A stretch of DNA of 64,000 nt from NCBI GenBank assembly GCA_951406725.2, contig OX597820.1, positions 123,690,001-123,754,000 on the forward strand. The letters are read 5' to 3'. The position numbers and the translations under genes were made by a program. Shown here one piece after another: positions 54,266 to 64,000 of the stretch (its first letter is position 1; each line of letters begins with the position of its first letter). The notes below the pieces were generated by a model. The model saw only the letters and a list, made by a program, of their open reading frames with translations, did not search any database and had not been told where the DNA came from. Source of the DNA: Octopus vulgaris. Taxonomy: Eukaryota.

Positions 54266-54510
54266 GTATTAATCTCAGTTGATAACACTTAAAGTGCGAC
54301 GGTATAAACTGCTAAAATCTGAAATAATTTATCTTTCTAATAGCTTATATTCTTCCAATTTCTCGTCAATTATTTTCTATCCGCCTCAGTGGTGTTCTAG
54401 AGTTTAGCTTTGCAAAGAGTTAATTTAAACAGATACAGCAACCACTCTCGTTGGGAACCGTTAAATTTCTAAATTATGAACATATGCCTGTATGTATATA
54501 TGTATGCATG

Positions 54511-54553
<43 letters not shown>

Positions 54554-55729
54554 ATGTACGTGCATATATATGTGTGTGTGTGTGTGTATGTATGTAATAT
54601 ATTGTAATATGGGTATATATATAACTGTATATATATATCTATATATATACATATATATGCAAATATATATATATGCATACACACACATATGTATGTATCT
54701 ACAAAAATATGTATACTTATATTTAAACGTAACTAATTGTGTGTAGTACAGTTTATATCCTGCATAGGTAAAAATCTGATGCAGACATACATTTGTAACT
54801 GTGTTGATTATACGTTAACCATGGGTCCTCATATGAGTACCTAAACTTATTTTAATTAAGCTTTTGCGAAGAATGCATCATATAACTCTGTGAAGGGTCG
54901 TGGCAACAGCTAATCGGTCAATCTTTTTTCTTTTTCTTGTTTCATTCATTGATCCTAGGCCATGTTGCAGTGCCATCTTGATGAATTTTAGCTGAACGAA
55001 ATGAGCTCCAGGAATTATTTTCCTTTAAGCTTGGTACTCAATCTATCCCTTTCTTTTCCTGATCTGTTGCGGACGAGCGCAAACACACATACACACATAT
55101 ATACACACACAATACAAATATAAAATACACTTACACACATGTATATAACGTACTTGTTTCAGTTTCCTGTCTTCCAAATTACTCACAAGGCTTTGGTCGG
55201 CTCCTATGTGCACTCAATGAACATATATTTTCACTTCAACAGAGGATGAGTGCACATTTGTACATAAGGTACAACAGAGCAAGACTGGGACAGTTAGGGT
55301 CCTATATACATAGGTATCTAGAGTTGGTCTCTCTGTATTTGACTTTTCATGGACAACAAGTCCGGCTTTCGAAATTGCAATATGACCCCAGAGAGCAGAG
55401 TCAATATTTTCTCTACATTATCTGCTTAGCAGCAATTCACCCTCTTGTATCATTTTGGCATTAGATTCTCCTATTTGCTGGGCTTTTCGAATGTTTTTCA
55501 TGAACAGCAGGCTATCCTCTCCAAGCTTTCGTATCTCTTCACAGAAATATTTCTAATAAACAGTGATAATATTCCACTACTTAAAATTGTGTTTTACGAC
55601 GTCGTTAAATCTCTTTTGCTGTTGTTCTGGGCGATTACTAAGAATTTATTTTCTATGAGGCAGTTCCTTTGCCATCCTTAAAACATCAATATAGATGACA
55701 TGTTCACAACGATGGAAGTTTACATACTG

Positions 55730-56428
55730 ACAATACTGTACTCATAGCATGTGTGTTCTAAGTGTGCATTATTTCCGACTGATGTATAACTATACACCTT
55801 AGACATTTCTAGTGAAAACCTTCGACTATTTTGATGTGATGATGATATGTCGATACATTCGATACATGATCATTCTTTGAGAAGAGCATAGCAGGGACAT
55901 AATGACGCAGGCATCATAGATGGAAAAGTTGGTGGATATTTACTATTCCATGAAACTATTCAGTAGTATCCCAAATACAATTGAAGATTTCCCCACATCA
56001 AGTAACACAGTTGACACGAGGCATAAAAATTACACTACATGAAGATTGTTTCAGAAGTATTGTATCTTCAAAAACCAGTACAGGCAATGGAGAGAAGTTC
56101 ATTATATTATGAATACAACAATTGCGATTAAATATACCTTGCATGCTGTGCAGTGGCAGACAAATGTATGTAGAGCACAATACTTAACTGCATGAACACT
56201 CAATACTGAAAAATTGTACGCGGAATAAAGTAGCGACAGCACACTTTTTGATTTGAAACAGGATTTTCAGGCTGGTGTGTTGTTGACAAATATATCAACA
56301 GAATTATGTGCGGGCCGCAACTCTCCTAAGGTTCTTTGTAGTGCTTATCTTTTCAACTTATCTGAAGCTTTCATTAATTCAACAAAATCTTTGTATAGTA
56401 TACTTTGCTCAATGAATTTTACTGATTA
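55730..56428 (+). pseudogene. Possible hAT transposase C-terminal remnant
   Basis: An approximately 170-codon frame from 55920 with only 3 internal stops, ending LFNLSEAFINSTKSLYSILCS (like the start of the hAT dimerisation domain); upstream TVLIACVF...NL/DYF fragments. No ERSFS motif is retained. Confidence 0.35.
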
Positions 56429-56469
56429 ACACTTATATAATTTTTACTGATATATATACATACATATAC

Positions 56470-56507
<38 letters not shown>

Positions 56508-56509
<2 letters not shown>

Positions 56510-56925
56510 CTTCTCAAGCACAGCCTATCTCCAAAGGTTTCGGTCACTTGTGATTGCCTCTGTGAGGCCCAACGTTTGAAGATCGTGCATCATCACATCA
56601 TCCCACGTTTTCCTGGGTCTACCTCTTCCACGGTTTCCTTCCACTGTTAGAGTGTGACACTTCGTCATACAGCTGCTGTCATCCACATGACCATACCAGC
56701 GCAGGCGTCTCTCTTGCACCCCACATCTGATGATTCTTATGTCCATCTTTTTCCTCACGGTGCCTACACAGCTGTCGTGTAAGCATGCTAAAATTACACA
56801 TTCAGCGCAGCATACTAGCTTCATATGTTTCAAGCCTATGCATGTCCTCAGCAGTCACAGCCCATGTTTCACAGCTGTGTGGCATGGCTGTTCGCACAAA
56901 TGCATCATACAAGCTCTCCCCTTGT
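56508..56925 (-). mobile_element. RTE-clade LINE 3' remnant
   Basis: LYDAFVRTAMPHSCETWAVTAEDMHRLE...MLR*MC; VQERRLRWYGHV...VEGNRGRGRPRKTW. Confidence 0.88.
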
Positions 56926-57391
56926 GTGCACATTACATTTATATACATGATTTGTACTCAGAGATTCATCAATTGACATTGATTTATCTCTGCATGGACA
57001 TTTATCGTATTTTTTTGTAGTCCATTAACCGGCGTTGTTACCATGCTGGCTGTACCATGAGTATTTCTACTACTACAGATTAGTCTTAGTTGGTGTTTAT
57101 CAATGTGGTTTACATCTCCTTGGTTGGTATCTATTTGCAAATGTTCGCTAGATCCATTAGGTGGGTTATTGAACGTACATATTACTCTTAACTTTATGGG
57201 AAATATGCAAACAAAGCTCATTTTCCATTATGTCGGCCACGGTTTAAAGATGCTGACTGCTGAATCAGTTTCCTGGGGTTGCATCGAGCTGTACTGATAT
57301 AATGTATTATAAATATAATAATAATAACTATAATCCTTGGATGGCTTTATAAAATTTAATGTTTATAAATGTTTATAAATCTCATCTAAAG

Positions 57392-57459
<68 letters not shown>
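57392..57459. repeat. (TTA)n microsatellite
   Basis: Directly visible. Confidence 0.97.
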
Positions 57460-58317
57460 CATCTTCATTACTATTATATAATGCATATATTTATAGATGC
57501 GAATGTGTGTAACATATGTGTGCCAGTGTGAATGCGCATGCTTCTGTGTTCTTCTGTATGTGTATATGTCTTAATATGCGTATATGTTAACTACCGCGTA
57601 GCCTAATGTTTAGGGCAGTGGATTTACGAGTACAAGATGTATATAATTTCATGTTTAGAAGGCGCACCATGTCCTTCAGCGAAACTCTTAAGCGAAAGTC
57701 TCTGTCGTCTACTCAGCCAAGAAATGAATACCATCAGACTGGTGTCTAGCTCTTTCTCCTTCCCGCTATCATATTCTAGATATGCAACTCGGTAAAAGAT
57801 TGGGATACTCTTGAGTGTGACTAAGTTCAATTTGAATTGGCTTTTACCTAATGAGATGAAAACTAATAATTAGTCAAACCCGTCGTTTCAATTTTCATCT
57901 CTTTGAATTTCCATTCCTTCTCATTTCACGTTATTTATAACTTTTTTCAAAAACATATGAAATTAAAAGCTGTCACTTTTTGCGTAGCGTTTTCTACAAT
58001 TATGTACATAAACTGACAACATTGTCAGGTGTTGGCTCCAGAAACTAAAACTTCAAAACTCCTATGTCTTTCCAAGAAACGCTTTGTCTAAAAGAGCGGC
58101 TTTCCAACAGCCTCTTTATCTCGCCATCTATAACTTTTTGCAGAACAACATGTAATATTAATAAATTTTATATATCAGTCTCTTGAAATTCTGGAGGCCC
58201 ATCTCTTATCACAAAATATCTTTAGGTTACGTGTCAAAGAAAAAAAAGTTACAGATACTTTCTGGAACAGAAGAATGGACTGAATATAATAGCATACTCT
58301 CTCAATTATAATTATTT

Positions 58318-58712
58318 TCTAATCTAGGCACAAGACCCGAAATTTTGGGGGAGGAGGCCAGTCGATTAGTTCGATTCCAGTACGCAACTGGTACTTAACA
58401 TATCGACCCCAAGAAGATGAAACAAAAAGTCGACCATGGTGGAACTTGAACTCAGAACGTAGCGGCAGACGAAATACCTATATCTTTACTACCCACAAGG
58501 GGCTAAACACAGAGGGGACAAACAAGGACAGACAGAAGTATTAAATCGATTACATCGACCCCAATGCGTAGCTGGTACTTATTTAATCGACCCCGAAAGG
58601 ATAAAAAGCGAAGTCGACTTCGGCGGAATTTGAACTCAGATCCTCGCAGCAGACGAAATACTGCTAAGCATTTCGCCCAGCGTGCTAAAATTTCTCCCAG
58701 CTCGCCGCCTTG
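58318..58712 (-). mobile_element. SINE family C, two body units
   Basis: Reverse complement of the 50734 architecture. Confidence 0.85.
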
Positions 58713-59301
58713 AATCAATTATAATCAACTTTAAATTGTATGGACAGCATGTGAAAAGCGAATTTAGACCAACTTCATAATCATAGGTCTTGCTCCACCA
58801 TCAGACGGCTAATCGTAACACATAATTATTGACGTTCCTAAATTTTTGATAGTCGGAAATCTAAAACCTTCATGGAGAAGCATCTCCATCTCTTCAACCA
58901 GGTAATTCCTTGAATTATATAAATTTAACCAGTGCGTCCCAGTGTATTGTTACATATTGCAATGATAGAGAAGCATATATAAATTCTGATCAGGGTTATG
59001 GTAGGTGCTGAACTTCTGTTAGGCACTATAGAGAATGGGTATAAAATATTATCCAATACTATATATAACAGACAGGTGTAAACATCTTGTCTGTCTGTCT
59101 GTCTCTCACTATATATACAAATAACTTCATGGACAGAGTAAAATGTACCAGATGGAGAATTTCTCTCTCGAGTTGTGATTTCATAGTAACTAAAAATGTT
59201 ACTTATTTATATGCAAATTTCTTGCACACAAAGCATTGCCAATATTACAGTCAGATAAGTTTTCATTTTATAATGCAGTCATATATATATCTATCTATCT
59301 A

Positions 59302-59357
<56 letters not shown>

Positions 59358-59361
<4 letters not shown>

Positions 59362-59725
59362 AAATTTAAAATGAGGGTGAGAAGTTAAATATTAATTTAA
59401 TCAACATCGATTCCACACAAGTGGTGTAGCATATAAAACAAAACTGAAGGTTCAGTAAAATTGTATTATATACATATTAGAGGGAAACCACTATATGGAC
59501 AGCCTTATGCTTGAAATAGATCTGCTATGGTCTTACCACTAAGAAATGTTCTCAGGATAAATTTAGCAAAACAACCAAAACGTAATCGAGCAAGACAAAA
59601 GAGAAAACAATAAAAATATAGATTATTCGCATACATGTTTCACTATTAACATTATATTTCTTAGTGGTAAGACCATAGCGGATCTATTTCTAGCATAAGG
59701 GTGTCCACATAGGGGTTTCTCTCTA

Positions 59726-59735
<10 letters not shown>
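59358..59735 (-). mobile_element. Penelope-like terminal fragment with inverted segment, in (AT)n
   Basis: 59470-59547 is inverted at 59656-59735; HHR 3' half GTGAAACATGTA on the minus strand at about 59631-59643. Confidence 0.6.
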
Positions 59736-59780
<45 letters not shown>

Positions 59781-59784
<4 letters not shown>

Positions 59785-60100
59785 CGATTAAAGAAACAGA
59801 AGACGGATTTGGTATCAGTCTTTATTCCACCGATCCTTCGACAGTTCTTTATGGCTCGGATGTTGTGCAGGGTGGATCGAAACGATCGTCTTACGGAATA
59901 AAGACTAATACCAAATCCATCTTCTATTTTCTTAATCGATTTTTATCTCAACTAAGACTGCGGATTTCCTGAAGTAGATTCAACGAAAATATACCCCAAC
60001 TGCATTTGACAACAGGTAGCCCAAAGCATGTTAGTGCTTTACTCAACACATCAAGACACTAATTAGCATATTATTCATTAGTCCAAAAATTACGTATAAA

Positions 60101-60104
<4 letters not shown>
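59781..60104 (+). mobile_element. Penelope-like terminal fragment with inverted segment and half-HHR, in (AT)n
   Basis: 59781-59828 is inverted at 59895-59941; GATCC...GGATC-GAA-ACGATCGT-C lies between the arms. Confidence 0.6.
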
Positions 60105-60145
<41 letters not shown>

Positions 60146-60781
60146 TATTATAAAAGGCAGATTTTATCTGCCTCCCTTTGGGAGTTATACAATATACGAT
60201 TTCTTCAATTACAATTTACCTAGCATTTTTAAGAGTACAATGCATCGCGTCATGCCAGGTCCAGTTTTTAAAATTTAAACTCCAATTAAGCAAAATTTAC
60301 AGAAAACTCACATTCTGGTGTGTGTGTCAAATGCTTTTCTTAGTCTGGTTTACACCACACGCACACGCACACACACAGTGGGCAACGAATAAAGTGAAAC
60401 TAGATGTAATATTTAAAAAGAAAGCAGCAAACAGAAACAAATAAATACATAATGATTTACTCCTCACACAATTTCTTCAATTACACTTTACCTATGATTT
60501 TTCAAAGAACTTTCATTGGTTCATGCCATACAAAATTTCTTTCAATTTCACCCCCAATTAAGACAAAATTCGAGAAAACTCAATATTTTAACATTTCACT
60601 TTGAAAACTCAATATTTTAACATTTCACTTTGAAGCCTTTACTCTGCCTATTACTCCAACTTCCTCTTTAGACACATAGACACGCTAATATATACGACAG
60701 TGTCAATTGTTGACAGACATTGTAAGCTAACGTGTGTGTGTGTCTGTGTGTGTGTGCGTGTGTCTGTGCGTGTGTGTCTGT

Positions 60782-60836
<55 letters not shown>

Positions 60837-61289
60837 AGACTGGTCATCCATTTTGGCGAGAAGATCCCTATTATAATACATCAGTTCCACACATTTACCC
60901 TGGATTCCATTTCGGACAACTGCACAAACATTTGCCATTTCACACATGTATGTAAACAAATTCCTTTCTTTCAAAAATTTCAATTCATTTTCTTTTTTCA
61001 ATTTACGTTTCTATACACTTTACGCAAATATTTGATTAAACAACTAAAACACTTCACATTTCGAACATGTACGTAAACTACTTCCTTTATTGCAAATCTA
61101 ACTTTCTTTTCTGGCTTTTAACTCAAATTTCTATACATTTTACACACTCTGTCGCTATACTTGCATAAAAAATTTCTTTCAGCTGCTAATATTTATTTCT
61201 TTTCCTTCCACGCTTTACATTTTTCCACATTTCATTCAAATTACAATTTCTATCTTTAAGTAACTTTCACCCTTTCTTTTTCACATAAA

Positions 61290-63989
61290 ATGCCACCGAA
61301 AAAGAGAAGTCACATCGGCCGCCATACTGCAGCAGCAGCTGCGAAAAAGGCGAAGCGCAGCGCCATAAACGCTTCTGCTGTTGCTGCACAAAGGGCTTCA
61401 GATGACCCACAACAAAGGGCCACTCGACTGGCTACAAACGCTGCGGTTGCTTCATACGATGCTGCTACCACGGCTTCAGACGGTCTGGAAACAAGGTCGA
61501 AGCGCAGCGCCATAAACGCTTCTGCTGTTGCTGCACAAAGGGCTTCAGAGGACCCACAACAAAGGGCCACTCGACTGGCTACAAACGCTGCGGTTGCTTC
61601 ATACGATGCTGCTTCCACGGCTTCAGACGGTCCGGAAACAAGGTCGAAGCGCAACGCCATAAACGCTTCTGCTGTTGCTGCACAAAGGGCTTCAGAGGAC
61701 CCACAACAAAGGGCCACTCGACTGGCTACAAACGCTGCGGTTGCTTCATACGATGCTGCTTCCACGGCTTCAGACGGTCCGGAAACAAGGTCGAAGCGCA
61801 GCGCCATAAAGGCTTCTGCTGTTGCTGCACAAAGGGCTTCAGAGGACTCACAACAAAGGGCCACTCGACTGGCTACAAACGCTGCGGCTACTGCTGCTTC
61901 AACATTTTCGACACATTCCCACGACTCAGACCAGCAACGTTCTACATTCCAGCGGAACAGTCGACGCCGCGGTCTGACGAGTCCAAACAGACCTTACTGG
62001 CATCTACGTGCTTTTAAGTATGAGCCCAACTTCAATTACTCGATGCACGCTGACATAAATATTGGGGAAATGTTCTTCAATTGCCAATTCTGCAATGCTA
62101 AAATATGGGCTGGGGAACCACCTGCGATGTGCTGCTTAAACGATAAGGTCAGCTTGCCCCCTCTTCGGGAGCTGCCAGACCCTTTGAAGGAATTACTTAC
62201 TGGTTCCACCTCAAGGTCATCAAAATTCCTTCAACTCATCAGGAAATACAATTGTGCATTTCAGATGACTTCTTTCGGGGCTAACGTTGTCAGAGAAACT
62301 GGTTGGATGCCTACTTTCAAGGTCCAGGGCCAGGTGTACCACCTTATTGGGTCACTCCAGCCACTACAAAATTGCAAACCTTCGTTCCTTCAAATTTATT
62401 TTATTACAAATTATAATAGGCAACTTGATTTGCGTTTCGACGTAATTCCACAACATGCAAACACTAACGCTGACAATTTCGACAGGGACGTGCTGCTCAC
62501 TCTGCAAAACATGCTTCATGACCACAACAGCTATATTCGCAGTTTCAAATACGCCTTGGAAACAGCCCCTTCACCAACATTCACCATTGTCATCGATGCT
62601 GACAAAAGGCCTTCTGGGGAGCACGCGCGGCGATATAACGCTCCTTCGTGCAATGAAGTGGCCATAGTTCTCCATGGTGAACAGCACAAGCAGCGGGACA
62701 TAGTTCTTCAAAGCCGCGACAGTGGTCTTCAGCGTATTAATGAGACGCATCGGTCATATGACGCCCTGCAGTATCCCCTTCTTTTTCCGTATGGAGAAGA
62801 CGGGTACCATTTCGGCATTCCTCACCACAAACCAAACGAGCCCTCGGCTGCGACATCTAAAACTGTTTCATGTATGGCTTTTTACTCATACCGCTTCATG
62901 ACAAGGCATAATGATTTCAACCCCCTGCACAGATCACGGCAACTGTTTCACCAGTTTGCAGTTGACATGGCTGCAAAGATGCAGTCCGAGAGACTGGGCT
63001 TCATCAAATTGAATCAGAAGCAGCTGCGCTCAGACTCATACATCCATTTGCGTGATGGCATCAGGAATGACACTGACGCCCGCAATATCGGCAAAATGTG
63101 CATTCTCCCCTCAACCTATACAGGGGGCCCACGGTACATGCACGAGCGAACACAAGACACTATGACTTACGTTCGGCATTATGGGCGACCCGATTTATTC
63201 ATTACCTTTACATGTAACCCAAAGTGGGTTGAGGTAACGCGAGAACTTCTCCCAGGGCAGCAGTACTGTCATCGCCATGATATTATTGCAAGGGTTTTCA
63301 GGCAGAAACTGGCTAAGCTCATTCTTTTAATAAAAAAAGGCCAGGTTTTTGGGCCTGTTAACTGCCACATGTATACTGTTGAGTGGCAGAAAAGAGGGTT
63401 GCCACATGCGCACATTTTGCTTTGGTTGGTCAACAAAATAGACCCAACAATTCTTGATGATCTCATTGCAGCAGAAATTCCGGACCCAACTGTTGACCGG
63501 CACCTGTACGACATTGTGAAGGCACACATGGTACACGGTCCGTGCGGTCCTGGTTTTCAAAAGTTCTCCTCATGCCACAAAGACCACGTGTGCACTAAAC
63601 GGTACCCAAAGAGGTTCGTGGACGAGACCCAGACCGGCCGCGACGGATACCCAATATACAGAAGAAGGCACCCTGACAATGGTGGATTCACTATAACGTT
63701 ACGGGGTCATCAAGTGGATAATAGGTGGGTAGTGCCGTACTGTCCATTTCTGATGAAAACTTTTAACGCTCACATAAATGTGGAGTTCTGTCATTCAGTC
63801 AAATCTATAAAGTATATATGCAAATATGTTAACAAGGGTTCTGACGCTGCCATGTTTGGCCTTCAAAAGGACAATAGCATGGACGAGGTGTCACAGTACA
63901 TGGCAGGTCGGTACATAAGCAGTGGTGAAGCTTTTGGCGGATATTCGGGTTTCCACTTCACCAAAGGCACCCCGCCATCATACAACTAG
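61290..63989 (+). CDS. Helitron RepHel transposase: N-terminal repeats, Zn finger, Helitron_like_N and HUH Rep domain; -1 frameshift near 63932, helicase expected beyond the window
   Basis: CxxC...CC zinc finger; YDALQYPLLFPYGEDG; ILPSTYTGGPRYM; Rep motifs FITFTCN, EWQKRGLPHAH (HUH) and YICKYVNK; DNRWVVPY. Homology continues in the shifted frame as WRIFGFPLHQRHPAIIQLAVHL. Confidence 0.96.
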   Translation: MPPKKRSHIGRHTAAAAAKKAKRSAINASAVAAQRASDDPQQRATRLATNAAVASYDAATTASDGLETRSKRSAINASAVAAQRASEDPQQRATRLATNAAVASYDAASTASDGPETRSKRNAINASAVAAQRASEDPQQRATRLATNAAVASYDAASTASDGPETRSKRSAIKASAVAAQRASEDSQQRATRLATNAAATAASTFSTHSHDSDQQRSTFQRNSRRRGLTSPNRPYWHLRAFKYEPNFNYSMHADINIGEMFFNCQFCNAKIWAGEPPAMCCLNDKVSLPPLRELPDPLKELLTGSTSRSSKFLQLIRKYNCAFQMTSFGANVVRETGWMPTFKVQGQVYHLIGSLQPLQNCKPSFLQIYFITNYNRQLDLRFDVIPQHANTNADNFDRDVLLTLQNMLHDHNSYIRSFKYALETAPSPTFTIVIDADKRPSGEHARRYNAPSCNEVAIVLHGEQHKQRDIVLQSRDSGLQRINETHRSYDALQYPLLFPYGEDGYHFGIPHHKPNEPSAATSKTVSCMAFYSYRFMTRHNDFNPLHRSRQLFHQFAVDMAAKMQSERLGFIKLNQKQLRSDSYIHLRDGIRNDTDARNIGKMCILPSTYTGGPRYMHERTQDTMTYVRHYGRPDLFITFTCNPKWVEVTRELLPGQQYCHRHDIIARVFRQKLAKLILLIKKGQVFGPVNCHMYTVEWQKRGLPHAHILLWLVNKIDPTILDDLIAAEIPDPTVDRHLYDIVKAHMVHGPCGPGFQKFSSCHKDHVCTKRYPKRFVDETQTGRDGYPIYRRRHPDNGGFTITLRGHQVDNRWVVPYCPFLMKTFNAHINVEFCHSVKSIKYICKYVNKGSDAAMFGLQKDNSMDEVSQYMAGRYISSGEAFGGYSGFHFTKGTPPSYN
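61351..61888 (+). repeat. 147-bp (49-aa) coding tandem repeat, about 3.6 copies
   Basis: Units start at 61351, 61498, 61645 and 61792 and are nearly identical. Confidence 0.97.
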
Positions 63990-64000
63990 CGGTTCATTTG

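Larger units (their letters stand above)
60143..64000 (+). mobile_element. Autonomous-type Helitron (5' part; runs off the window end)
   Basis: 5' terminus A|TCTTATTATAAAAGG directly after (AT)n; contains the Rep ORF. Confidence 0.88.

Noticed and set aside
61310-61864. 184-aa minus-strand repeat ORF
   Set aside because: Antisense shadow of the Helitron coding repeat.

Overview
AT-rich, repeat-dense eukaryotic DNA with no recognisable host protein-coding exon. The repeat content (very long (AT)n/(ATCT)n/(AAT)n microsatellites, three recurrent tRNA-derived SINE families, RTE and Tx1-like LINE remnants, Tc1/mariner relics) resembles an octopus/coleoid cephalopod genome; this taxonomy is an inference. 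Most ORFs in the supplied track are microsatellite or antisense artefacts. The only long ORF is a Helitron Rep(-Hel) gene (61290 to the window end) with a 147-bp tandem repeat at its N-terminus. The most interesting signal is a set of Penelope-like, microsatellite-embedded elements carrying type I hammerhead ribozyme (HHR) motifs. Chief among them is a young 490-bp tandem repeat (10755-11834) with an intact minus-strand HHR in each unit and an inverted terminal segment, i.e. a candidate non-LTR retrozyme that could yield a 490-nt (circular) RNA. Further intact or decayed HHR motifs lie at about 10450, 12920, 26450, 31600/32120, 44060, 59630 and 59880. All assignments are by eye; no searches or folding programs were run.
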